Assembly: GCA_964016885.1 (NCBI GenBank)
Contig: OZ024761.1
Span: forward strand, 10,416,001 to 10,480,000
DNA: 64,000 nt
Source of the DNA: Eledone cirrhosa
Lineage: Eukaryota
Reading direction: 5' to 3'
Position 1 is the first letter of the stretch. Each line of letters starts with the position of its first letter. This document shows, one piece after another, positions 36,516 through 48,694 of the stretch. Position numbers and translations under genes: made by a program. The notes below the pieces were generated by a model, which saw only the letters and a list, made by a program, of their open reading frames with translations, made no database searches and was not told the DNA's origin.

Positions 36516-36791
36516 GGTTGTATTGTTCTTCTGTGTTATTTTTCTTTATTGACTTTTTGCATATATTGATATATAAATATAGGAGCTGATATTGAGAGAG
36601 GAGAAATTGGATTTTATCAGTTCCATATCTCTCCACCTCATGTTCTCCAGAGAACCAAGGGTGGATAAAAATAATGTTTGGAAGACCATCTGAAGAGGCC
36701 GGATTGATACTATGGAACCAATACTGCATAGCAGTCAAACCTGTCGGAGATTTCCAAATAAATTGTTGTAAAAACCCACTCATTTTGCATA

Positions 36792-37277
36792 TGCAGAGCA
36801 CTAGAAGTCGATGGAAACCGCGGAGTGGGGAGACCTAAGAAGACCTGGGATGAGGTGATAAAAGCCGACCTTACCCAATTACACCTCTCAAAGGCGATGA
36901 CACACGACCATGACCTCTGGCGTCACGCAGTAATACAGAAGACCCCACCCCCCACGGGTACAAGCCGAAGCTGAAGCATATAGACTATATGCCCCCACAC
37001 CCTCCCACTGCAAAGTGGTTGTGGAAGTGCCACGGCAAAAAAGCACCCAGCCCACATCGTAAAGTGGACGTGTAGGCGCCACGGAAAAAAAGCACCCAGC
37101 ACTCACTGTAAATGAGGTTGGTGTTAGGAAGGGCATCCAGCTATAGAAATCAAGCCAGAATCAGTTCCCGTATGAGCAAGGCATGGTCAGCCGACCGGAC
37201 ACTGCCCACAACAGGACAACCTGTCTAACCCATGCTAGCGTGGAAGAACGTAAAACGGTGATGATGATGATGATGAT
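36792..37277 (+). mobile_element. RTE LINE family B, 3' end
   Basis: CRALEVDGNRGVGRPKKTWDEVIK, family B 3' UTR, (TGA)n tail. Confidence 0.92.
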
Positions 37278-37494
37278 TCTTCATTGTATATACTCCGCTT
37301 GGACCACCAGATGTAATCTGGGATACTTCAGGATGTTGAGTTCTTACCTCAGGATACTTTGAGATCTACCAGTTACAACTGGTCATCTACCTGCATAGAG
37401 AGGACAACATGAATGGACCTGTTATTTTTATCTAAAGACATTTTATCCAATTCCACTCCACCCATCCCTTCAATCTATCTAATTTCTCATTCTT

Positions 37495-37530
37495 TCTTCT
37501 GATGAAGGACTACCGTCCGAAACGTTAAGA
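37495..37530 (+). ncRNA. Minimal type I hammerhead motif, intact core, in a ~200 bp repeat (37405-37615)
   Basis: UCUU CUGAUGA A GGAC-UACC-GUCC GAAAC GUU AAGA. Confidence 0.85.
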
Positions 37531-37761
37531 CCCTCTTCCTGCTATTTCAAGCGTTAACCTAATATATTCCTTCCATATACTGTACCGATTGTGTTGTTAT
37601 TTCTGTTTACCTTTTAAAAATATATATATATAAGGAGGAATTTGTAGTTTACTTGAAGCATTCTGTATGGTATATAAAATTTGAAGTTTAAAAGGCATGA
37701 CAATGTGAAATGGACAAATAAAAAGTGAAACAAGGTGTTGTTTTACCTTAATTTATTTATG

Positions 37762-37799
37762 TCCTGATATTTCGAGATTAAAATCTCTTCTTCATAGGA
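37762..37799 (-). ncRNA. Minimal hammerhead-like motif (C3 replaced by A)
   Basis: UCCU AUGAAGA A GAGAU-UUUA-AUCUC GAAAU AUC AGGA. Confidence 0.62.
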
Positions 37800-38343
37800 A
37801 AATAAAAGGGACCAATCCAGTGTTCAATGGAGCACACTATACCATGCTGCAGGAAGTAGTTTTAATATTTTTTTTTATTTTCAACCTCTTTTATTTTTAA
37901 AATTAATGGTCTAGACAGATCGAAGAGGACACAGAGTTATTTCCCTTTAAATCTACATAAACATGTATATACTAATAGGCACTGACACAATGGATATAAT
38001 CTTGTGAACACATGAATGCATATAGACTTTTGCTCACAGATAAATAATATGGGGGGTGGGTGTCTTCTCACACCAGCAAATACACCCACACACACATGCA
38101 CAAATGTATGCACACACATGCATATATACACCTAGGCATATAATTACGCATCTACATGCTCGTATGCAGGCCCATGTGTACCCCTATGTGTAGCATTCGG
38201 ATCTAGCTGTTGAAAAGGCCGGAGCTCAGCCGTCGGGGTCCTGACTCTTTTCCTATTACCCACTCTACTACCCTAAGTATTGAGTACTCTGGTGCGTTAT
38301 GGTCCACCTGGTATCTTACCACACCTTCTTTGTTTTATATATA

Positions 38344-38639
38344 TCATCATCATCATTTTACATCCGTTCTTCCACGCTAGCATGGGTTAGACGGACAGTG
38401 TCCGGTTGGCTGACCTTGTCTTGCTCATACAGCAACTGATTCTGGCTTTATTTTTACAGCTGTAAGCCCTTCGTATCACCAACCTCATTTACAGTGAGTG
38501 CTGGGTGCTTTATTGCCGTGGCACCTCCACGACCACTTTGCAGTGGAATGATAGGGACCCCAGTTCTATCATCTCATTTCTACAGCTGAGTAAACTGGAG
38601 CAATGTGAAATAAAGTGTCTTGCTCAAGGAAACAACACA
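38344..38639 (-). mobile_element. SINE family 2, 5'-truncated, with RTE-B tail
   Basis: CORE-like + shared module + ccgtctaacccatgctagcgtggaag tail. Confidence 0.85.
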
Positions 38640-39191
38640 ACACACATATATATATATATATATAGAGATATATATATATAATACTGCCAAACTTATAGAT
38701 GTCAAGTCAGAAAATCAGACTTGTACCATATCACCTGTACACAAAGATCAAAGATCTAACAAAAACAACAGTTAAGGTTGAAACAATAGAAAGGAATCCA
38801 TTAATCATAGCCAGAACAGACTCTCAAATCAATAATAGACTAGAATTAAGCACACAATACTTAACATAAAACTAGGCATACGATACCTAACTTAGAAGGC
38901 CACTGGGCTCTATACATAGGGGTACACATGGGCCCACATATGAGAATGTAGATGCGTAATTATATGCCTAGGTGTATGTATGCATGAGTGTGCATATGTG
39001 TGTGTGGGTGTATTTGTTGGTGTGAGAAGACACTCACCCACCATATTATTTATCTGTGAGAAAAAGTGTATATGCATTCATGTGTTCACGCTATTATATC
39101 CATGCATGTGTGCGTGCTTACACACATATATATACATGTACGTGTGTGTCAACACATATTAGTATATGGCTCTTTTCTTGTATATATATAT

Positions 39192-39520
39192 GGAGGCACA
39201 TGGCTTAGTGGTTAGAGCATTGGCTTGCAATCGAAAGGTGAGTTCAATTCTCACACCGGCTGATGTGTTGTTTCCTTGAGCAAGGCACTTTATTTCACAT
39301 TGCTCCAGTTTACTCAGCTGTAGAAATGAGATGATAGGGACTGGCATCCCTATCATTCCACTGTAAAGTGGTCGTGGAGGTGCCATGGCAAAAGAGCACC
39401 CAGCACTCACTGTAAATGAGGTTGGTTAGGAAGGGCATCCAGCTGTAGAAATCAAGCCAGAATCAGTTCCCGTCCCACCCTTGCAAGCAGGGAAAAGCGG
39501 ACGTAAAATGATGATGATGA
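39192..39520 (+). mobile_element. SINE family 2 with RTE-A tail
   Basis: Reverse-complement match to 16905-17301 with one fewer internal repeat unit. Confidence 0.9.
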
Positions 39521-39794
39521 TATATGTGTGTGTGTGTAGATATATCTATATAGGCACAAGGAGACTCTTCAGTTGTGTCAAGGGAGCAGGAGAACCTGTC
39601 TACTGTTGGTAATTTACATGATGATTATTGCATCCAGTGCAGTCTGGAAGGGTATGTAGCCATAGAAAACCTCTCAGGTGCACCTCAGATGAATTTGATA
39701 CCAACTCCTGGCAGAAAGAGCATCGTGAAATAAAGTGTCTTGCTCACATCATTTGGTCTGGAAATCAAACTTGCAATGAATGTGCATGGCTTAA

Positions 39795-40002
39795 CCCTTT
39801 AGTATTTAAACTGGCTGTACCCGGCCAGAATTCTCTCACCTCTTTCTGTTCAAACCAGCTGTAACTGGCCACTCATACTGATATTAAGGTACTGTTCTAA
39901 ATATAAATAATATCAAAATCTCATAGATTTGTTATTATGAGAGATAAAGCCTTTACTGTGAAAATACAATAGTATATATAGAGTAAGGTAAATGCTAAAG
40001 GG
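39795..40002 (-). mobile_element. piggyBac-type MITE family A, inserted in a SINE A-box
   Basis: TTAA TSD; flanks rejoin to gcatggcttaatgcttagagaattgg. Confidence 0.9.
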
Positions 40003-40711
40003 TTAATGCTTAGAGAATTGGATTTGCAATCATGGGTTTGCAAGTCCAATTTGTAGGTAGAAAACACTCAAAAAGTTATTTAAAGTTAAAATAAGTCAAA
40101 TGAATTCTTTTATTTTCATTTTTTTTTTTTTTTTAAGTAAATGTTTTATTATTTATTAAAGTGATACACACACACACACATTTTTCTTCTTTCCAGCCTT
40201 GGAAATTATATAGAAGCACACATTATTTTTAAAATTCCAATTCTTGACCTGAAACAAACAAATTTGATGATGGTGGTGGTGATAGTATTTAAGCTGTGTG
40301 TATGTGTATATATATATTATAGGTAGGTTCCCAATGTGTCTCGGGAGGTGACCATAGCTAAAAAAAGGTACTCAATACATTAGTAGAGTGTAGGCATCTT
40401 TATTTTATTATTAGACATGACTTCTACAGGACTAAAACTGTTTCATTCATAAGAAATCATAAGGAAAGTCCTGATTATATCTTATGAATGAAATAGTTCT
40501 AGTCCTGTCCAAGTCCTTTCAAATGATAAAATAGATAAATATATATATATTTTAGAATGAGTGTTTAAAATCCCATAGTACTTAAAACATTCAAACATTA
40601 ACTGTGTTGATAATATTTTCTGGGTAGAAAAGTGGCAGTAACTTCGAAGTTTCAGCTTGGCTGCTTTTTCCGGCAGCCAGATACAGTGATCAAACTGCAA
40701 CTTAAAATATA

Positions 40712-40906
40712 CGAGGGTCGGCTGATAGGTTCATAGGCTGACTAAGATACTCTCATGGAATGACCAAATGAGGTTTATTTTTCAACATAGTCCTTGAAAA
40801 GAAACAATGTAATTATTAATAAGAGTTGAAATTAATGTAATGTATGATTCCACAGCTCTAACATCACTCCTTCACAGTCAGCCTATGGACTTTTCAGCTA
40901 ACCTTG
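40712..40906. mobile_element. mariner-type MITE
   Basis: TA-CGAGGGTCGGCTGATAGGTTCATAGGCTGACT ... AGTCAGCCTATGGACTTTTCAGCTAACCTTG-TA. Confidence 0.8.
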
Positions 40907-40984
40907 TACACACACACACACTAAGAATATGAGATCCCAGGTTCAATCCTACTGTGTGACACGTTATGTGGGCAGGCATCATTT

Positions 40985-41416
40985 TACCAGTGGCTCTGGG
41001 TAAACATTACCACTGGTTTTAGGTAGGCATTACCACATGTTCTGGGTAAACATTACCACTGGGTAGGCATTACCACATGTTCTGGGTAGAGATTACCACT
41101 GGCTCTGAGTAGGCATTACCACAGGCTCTGGGTAGAGATTACCACTGGCTTTGGGTAAACATTACCACTGGTTCTGGGTAGATATTACCACTGGCTCTGG
41201 GTAGAGATTACCACTGGCTCTGGGTAGAGATTACCACTGGTTCTGGGTAGATATTACCACTGGCTCTGGGTAGGCATTACCACAGGTTCTGGGTAGAGAT
41301 TACCACTGGCTCTGGGTAGACATTACCACAGTCTCTGGGTAGACTTTACCACTGGGTAGACATTACTACTGGCTCTGGGTAGACATTACCACAGGCTCTG
41401 GGTAGATATTACCACA
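40985..41416. repeat. ~23 bp minisatellite, ~19 copies
   Basis: Unit attaccactggctctgggtagag. Confidence 0.92.
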
Positions 41417-42350
41417 GTGCAGCTTGTCAGATGGACTACACTTGTACCTGCAATATTTCAAGGGCCTAGGCTTGTTCACATATTACAACATCACATCAGG
41501 TTGATTCTGCCTAAGGGTTACATAATCAGTACATGTGTCTATGGAATACTCAGCCACATAAACTATACTACAAGATGGACTGTACCTCTTCACATCGTGT
41601 GTCACATTGATTCTGCTGGGATATTAGCTCTTAATATTTTGTAGTAATTGCACAGAAAATGACTAAAAGTGGGTTTGTTAATTCAAATGGTTATAGTATC
41701 TTTTACTAGTGGACAAATCTGGGTGAAAATGTGCAGTATTTTTCAAGAATTTAATCGTTAATGTACTGCAATCATATTGTTTTGTACTTTTCAAGAATGT
41801 CTCTTGATGTGGTTTATTAATTCAAAAGTTTATAGTATCTTTACTAATGGACAGATAATTGTGGATATTCACAGTATTACCAGTAAAGACTAATTTTTAA
41901 CATGATGCAGTCATAGTGTTGTTTTGTACTTTGAAAGACTGTCTTGCTAATGTGGTTTCATGTGGTACAGGATGTTGAGTCAATGTGATGCAGTCATAGT
42001 GTTGTTTTGTACTTTTCAAGAATGTCTTGCTAATGTGGTTTCATGTGGTACAGGATGTTAAGAGTCAAGGGTACATGTGCCTGTGAAATACTTAACCTCT
42101 TACACAAGATGGGACTGACTGTACCTGTAATTCAAATATCCAGCTTTGTTATATATTTTGTCACGTCATGTTGATTCTGCCTGAGAATTATTTAAAGGGT
42201 ACACATGTCTGTGGGTAGAAAGAGAGGGTGGGAAGAGAAAAAGGATGATAAAACCAGACCATCATCAAGTGCAATATAATATTCCAGATTAATTAGTTAA
42301 AAATATTGAGTTAAGACAGACATTATCAATTTGTTGAGGGGTGATGTAAT

Positions 42351-43527
42351 TTAACCCTTTTGTTACCAATCTTTCTGAAACCACCCCTGGTTTTATGATA
42401 CAAAACTGCCCATTTTAAAATGTTCATACTTATCTCAAAATCCTTCATAATTTTATGTAATAACCTTTGTTAAGTTATGTTCCAAACACCAGCTTAAAAA
42501 TGAGAAAGATTGTTTCTTTTTCTTTGCCCACTTATTCCTGAGAAGTCCTTAGAAATGCCTTTCAGAAGCAACCATCTCCAAATGGTCATTCTAGATCAAC
42601 AAGCAAGACCAAACTGAGCTTATGGATGAATTCCATCTTGCTTGTGGTTCATCCCCGAGTCTCCTACTTATTGGTTTTGTTCATAAAATCTATCCAGTGA
42701 TTCTTTCTTTAGACATTCTAACCACATGTCCATAGTATTGGAGTTCTTCTTCGCCCACTTATTCCTGTGAGGGTTGTGGGGGCAGAGTCCTCAAACACTC
42801 CTTCCAGTGGGTCTTGTCAGAAGCAACCGTCTCCAACTGATCCGGCTGGATCCCCAAGCGTGACAAGCCAAGCTCATGGATGTTATCCAACCATCTTGCT
42901 CAGGGTCTACATCTGGGTCTCCTGCCAGTTGGTTTTGCCCGTAAAATCTATCCAGTGATACTTTCCGGAGACATTCTAACTACATGTCCATAGTATCAGA
43001 GCTGTGATCTCTCAATTCAGTCACTTTCTATCGAGTAACGTTACTCCAAAGACCCTTCAGAGGAACCCCATTTCGGCCGCTTGTATCCGCGATCGTATTC
43101 TTTCGGTCATTACCCAAGATTCATGACCATAGGTAAGGGTTGGCACAAATACCAAATTGTCCATAGTATCTGAGTTAATTAAGCTATATTAGTAATCCCG
43201 ATTATTTATCTAAAACCCTTCCATCATCATTTTATGTAAGGACCTTTAAGTTTATATTCCAAAATAATCAGAAAGTTAGTTATATTACTAAATCCCTCCA
43301 AATTCCTGATTATTTTCTAAGTGTTAAAGTGTTTATATTTATCTAAAAACTCTCCATCATAATTTTATGTAAGGATCTTAGTTACATTTATATTAGAAAC
43401 CCAAGGTTAATAATGATGAAAGTTAGTTATATTACTAAATCCCTCTAAATACCTGGTTATTCTCAAGGTTAATTGAAACATATGGGTCTGTCTATGTATT
43501 TCATTAGAAATATGGTAACAAAAGGGA
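42351..43527 (+). mobile_element. piggyBac-type MITE family B interrupted by RTE fragments (relatives at 553-775 and 44684-45011)
   Basis: ttaacccttttgttacc ... ggtaacaaaaggg ends. Confidence 0.6.
42527..43160 (-). mobile_element. Expander/Rex3-like RTE 3' fragments (two in tandem)
   Basis: PTLTYGHESWVMTERIRSRIQAAEMGFL, YYGHVVRM. Confidence 0.78.
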
Positions 43528-45776
43528 TACATTACTAAATATTTTATTTTACTTTAAAAAAACATGCAAAATTTTATTACATTAGTTATCAACAAAACAC
43601 AACAAACAAGATATTATCTCTTAACAGTTTTCAATGATTTAGGAGAAAATATCTAAAAGCACGATTGTTAATTCAAATGTTTATAGTATCTTTACTAGTG
43701 GACAGATCATTGTGAAAATTTGCAGTATTAGAATAAAGCCTTCAATTTTTAATGTGATGCAGTCATAGTGCCGTTTTGTACTTTTCAAGAATGTCCTGCT
43801 AATGTGGTTTCATATGGTACAGGATGTTATGAGTTAATGTGATGCAGTCATAGTGCCGTTTTGTACTTTTCAAGAATGTACTGCTAATGTGGTTTCGAGT
43901 TAATGTGATGTAGTCATAGTGTTTTAAATAAAAACCCAGAGCCTGCCTATAAGAAAGGTGTGAGATGAGGTGGGGATAAGGGTTAGCCGATCCAAGACCC
44001 ATCCCTGGAGAGCCAGAGGCAGGGATGCGGGAAGGGCAAGAGGCACAGGCTTGTAAATATAAGACTCACCTGCCCCACCTTCAAAAAAACACCTCTCAGG
44101 GCTGACCTAGGGCGACACAACAACATAATGATCAAGGCTGCCTTGGAGCAATACTCCAACACATAATGACGGACTGGGTTAGATAAAACAAGAGCAAATA
44201 CAGAGAGAGAGAGAGAGAGAATGTGTGTGGGAGAGAGACTTCAACTCTGCAGATTACATTGTTTACCTAACATCCAATGCCCAGATTGAGTTCTACCTCA
44301 TACCACCACTACCAAAGTGGTGAGGGATATGCTGCCCTCTCCCCATTATATTTATTAAAAGGTAAATGAATGTAGTGAGAATATGCCCAAGTGAATGGGC
44401 ATATTCTACACATATTCTTGTAGGCTGGAAGGAATAGAGGAGAGAGGGGGAAGTATTTGTCTATGGTATCCTTGGTAATCAGGGGTTATCTAGGATCTGG
44501 GAAATTCCTTAGTTACCCCTGGGTGGTGCTCCCTCCCTATAGGGTAATTCTGTTGTTATAAATTTATTTATGTTTGTTTTTTTGGAGGGGAGAGGGGGTT
44601 ATCTCTTTACACATTTATACGTAAACCCCCACTGTCCCTTTAATATTTTAGGTCCCACTGACCAATAAAGACAATATTATTATTTAACCCTTTTGCCCTT
44701 TCATTACCATATTTCTAATGAAAGACACTGCTTGAAATTTTAAAATCATTTTGGAAATAATCAAGAATTTGGTGGGGTTTAGAAAAAAAACTGTTTGGTG
44801 TTTGGAACACAAAGGTTCCTATATAAAATTATGATGGAGCGTTTTTAGATAAATCTAAACACTTTTAAAACAAACAGTTTTATATCATGGAACCAGGGGT
44901 GGCTGGAACATAACTTAACAAAGGTCCTTACATAGAATTATGATGGAAAGTTTTTAGACGATTATAAACAGTTCTGTATCATGGGGACCAGGGGCAGTTT
45001 TAAAGGGTTAATTAATTTTCATAAATTTCTAAGTGACATTGCTTCGTATAAAATGATTTAGTAAATTTATATACAATTAGTCCATCAATACATAACAGAG
45101 GAGGGGCGAGAAGACAGAAGGAAATGAAGGGGGGAGGAGGAAAAGAAGGGTAGGACGGGATCATGTGAAGTCATTCATGCCTTTCTCAACAAAAACAAAA
45201 GGCAATTATCATTAGCACCACAACTGAACTGAACTGAATTGAAAATTGAAGTAAAATGAAGTGAAATAAATTGGGTTCCAGACCCGGGATAGGACACCAA
45301 TACCTAGAGGATGTGACTTACCAGAAGCCTTTATTAGCTTATCAGAATTCTATATATCATTTATCATCATCGCTTCATTGATGATGGGGTGGGTGGAGTA
45401 GGATGGCTTAACGCCTGATGAAGTCTTAAAGGCGCCATCCTGATACCCAGCTTCTGCCTTGGGCATTTTAAGCCTGGCAGAGCCCATAACTTTCCTGACC
45501 TGAACCCAGACAATTTCTACTAGAGAACGAGAGAGGGAGAAAAGGAACGTGAGAAAGGAGGAGAGAGAGAGGGATAGATAGATAGAGAGAAGGAGGAAGA
45601 ACTGACTGGTTCCTTATGGACCAGAAAAGGATGTAAACCAAGTGTGAACCTCTGCCAGGTTTGGTTTCAGAGCAGAAATAGCCCCAGAAACTGTGAAGTA
45701 TTCTATTTGGCATTCTAACGATCCCGTCTAATTAATGATGATTTTCTTCATGAAACAAAGCCTCCGCAAATAAATA

Positions 45777-46217
45777 ATGGTTTCTGATTTAGGCACAAAG
45801 CCAACAATTTTAGGGGAAAGTTGATTAATTCAACCCCAGTGCATTACTGGTACTTTATTTTATTGACCCTGTAAGGATGAAAGACAAAGCTAACCTCAGC
45901 AGGATTTGAACTCAGAACATAGACGTAACTGTATACAGCAAAGCATGTTGTCCAATGCTCTACCGGTTACTGTCAATCCAAGCCTGAAATAATGGTTTCT
46001 AATTTAAGTACAAGGCCAACAATTTGGAGGAGGAGGAGGATGGGCAATTGATTACATAGACCCCAGTATTTGACTGGTACTTTATTTTATCGATTGCTTG
46101 GAAGGATAAAAGATGGAGTTGACCTCCCTCAGTGGGATTTGAACTCAGAATGGAAAGCCAGTACAAATACTGGCTGTTATTTTGTTTTGACACTTTAACA
46201 ATTCTGCTAATCCACTG
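45777..46217 (-). mobile_element. Two tandem SINE family 1 copies
   Basis: ctggtactttattttat(t/c)ga..ggat(g/a)aaag body twice. Confidence 0.82.
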
Positions 46218-46965
46218 CACCCAGAAAGCCCAAATTTATAATAAATAAATAAATGAAATGCCAAGGACTGAACCAACCTCACCTCCGTGTGGTGGCCCCA
46301 GTCCCTGGGAAAGTATTTGTTATAATGCTTGGCTAACAAGACTGTATGGAAATATATGTTGATGAACAATAATACATACATGCATACACACATATACATA
46401 CACATGCATGTATACATACATACATACACACATACATATACATGCATACACACATATGCATGTGTAAATACATACATATGCATGCATACATATACATACT
46501 TACATACGTACACATACATACACATACACACACACACACACACCTACACACACATACCTACACATCATAACTTCATCACATATTTACCTACCATCTAACA
46601 TGATGTGGCATGAAAAGAAAAAAGAAATGAAGTAAAAAAAATAAAATAAAATTTTTTTAAATGCCCTAATTTTCCTTTCTCAAGAAACATTACACTCCTG
46701 CTGTTTACCATACTATAATTTATATACATATAGGTTATGTATGTATGTATGTATATATATATGTATGTATATATATATGTATACATGTATGTATGTATGT
46801 ATGTATGTATATATGTATGTATGTATGTATATATGTATATATGTATGTATATATGTATGTATGTATATATGTATGTATGTATATGTATATATGTATGTAT
46901 GTATATGTATATATGTATGTATGTATGTATATATGTATGTATGTATGTATATATATGTATGTATG

Positions 46966-47026
<61 letters not shown>

Positions 47027-47244
47027 GTATATATATGTATGTATGTATATATATGTATATATGTATATATATGTATGTATGTATATATATGTATATATGT
47101 ATGTATGTATGTATGTATATATATGTATATATGTATGTATGTATATATATGTATATATGTATGTATGTATATATGTATGTATATATAGAAAAATGGCGTA
47201 GGATAGAAGAAAGGAAAGGCACAGAAACGAAGAAAGAAATCCCC

Positions 47245-47289
47245 AGTCACTGAAGAGGTCACAGAGTGTGTGACGAAAGAACTATGACT
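47245..47289 (+). ncRNA. Minimal type I hammerhead motif with CUA site
   Basis: AGUCA CUGAAGA G GUCACA-GAGUG-UGUGAC GAAAG AA CUA UGACU. Confidence 0.75.
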
Positions 47290-47716
47290 ATATATATATA
47301 AACAACTATCTGGTTGTGGAACCAACCAACCAACCAGAAATTTATAAATTTGTAAATTTATAAATATATATTAAATTAAATTGAAGTGAAAGCAACTGGT
47401 GCGTGTGTTTCTTATTGGCAACATGACCCTCCCAAAGTATAACAATATGTATATATATATATATATGTAATGTATATATATGTATGTATGTATATATATG
47501 TATATATGTATGTATGTATGTATGTATATATATATATATATGTATGTATGTATGCCCCACCCTTGCAAGCAGGAAAAAGTGGACATAAAATGATGATATA
47601 TATATATATATTAAATCAAAAGTAGTATGATATATATATATATATAAAATATACCCCCATAACTATCTGTGGTTACACTCTTCACAAATTATCCCCTGTA
47701 TTTGTTTGATGTGTTT

Positions 47717-47747
<31 letters not shown>

Positions 47748-47867
47748 CATTCTACTTTTGATTTAATATAAATTCTCGGATTACTACTTGGAATCTTTGA
47801 GCATATTCCACAGGTGGTATGGTGCATGATTCTGATATTCTCAGACATGACATCCTTAATATAATTT

Positions 47868-47901
<34 letters not shown>

Positions 47902-48273
47902 TCATGTAGGCTCCCAGTCCACACTGTAAATGTAGTTGGTGTTAGGAAGGGCATCTAGCCGTAGAAAGCCTGCCAGAAACAGTTCTATATGAGCGAGACA
48001 CAGTTGCCCGACCAATCTTGCCTCAAGTGGGACAAACCTGTCTAACCCATCTACCGTGGAATATGGACGTTAAATGATGATATATATATATATATAAACT
48101 AAAGCAATCATTCAGTAAGGGTTTTGTTTCATCACACTGCAGCCCCTGCCATCTTCTGGGGTCAGTAAATGTGGTAACACTAACATAACCTGTCGTCAAA
48201 TTTCATCTAATCTCAATACTTTGCTTTTGTTGTTTACATGTATTTTATATTGTTATTATTTATTTATTTATTT

Positions 48274-48694
48274 CTAATTCAGGCACAAGGCCAGCAATTT
48301 GAAGGGAAAGGGAAAATCGATTAAATCGACCCCAGTGCATTACTGGTATTTTATTTTATCAACCCCCTAAAGATGAAAGGCAAAGCTAACCTCGACCTGA
48401 ATTGAACTCAGAACGTAAAGTAACATAACGAAATGCTACAAAGTATAGTGTCTGACACTCTACCGAGACTGCCAATAACTATTATTAATAATCGGTAGAG
48501 TGTCGGACACTATGCTTTACTTACAGCATAGAGTTATGGACTGTTACTTTCTCAGTTCAAATCTCGTCGAGGTTAGCTTCGCCTTTCATTCTTACGGGAG
48601 TGGATAAAATAAAGCACCAGTAACGCACTGGGGTCGATTTAATAGACTTTCCCCCTCTACTCAAATTGCTGACCTTGTGCCTAAAGTAGAAATC
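48274..48694. mobile_element. Head-to-head inverted pair of SINE family 1 copies
   Basis: 48274-48474 (-) and 48492-48694 (+). Confidence 0.88.

Noticed and set aside
40985-41416. CRISPR-like short repeats
   Set aside because: Contiguous ~23 bp units without spacers.
45405-45445. Hammerhead at CTGATGAAGTCTTAAAGGCG
   Set aside because: No GAAA or cleavage triplet follows.
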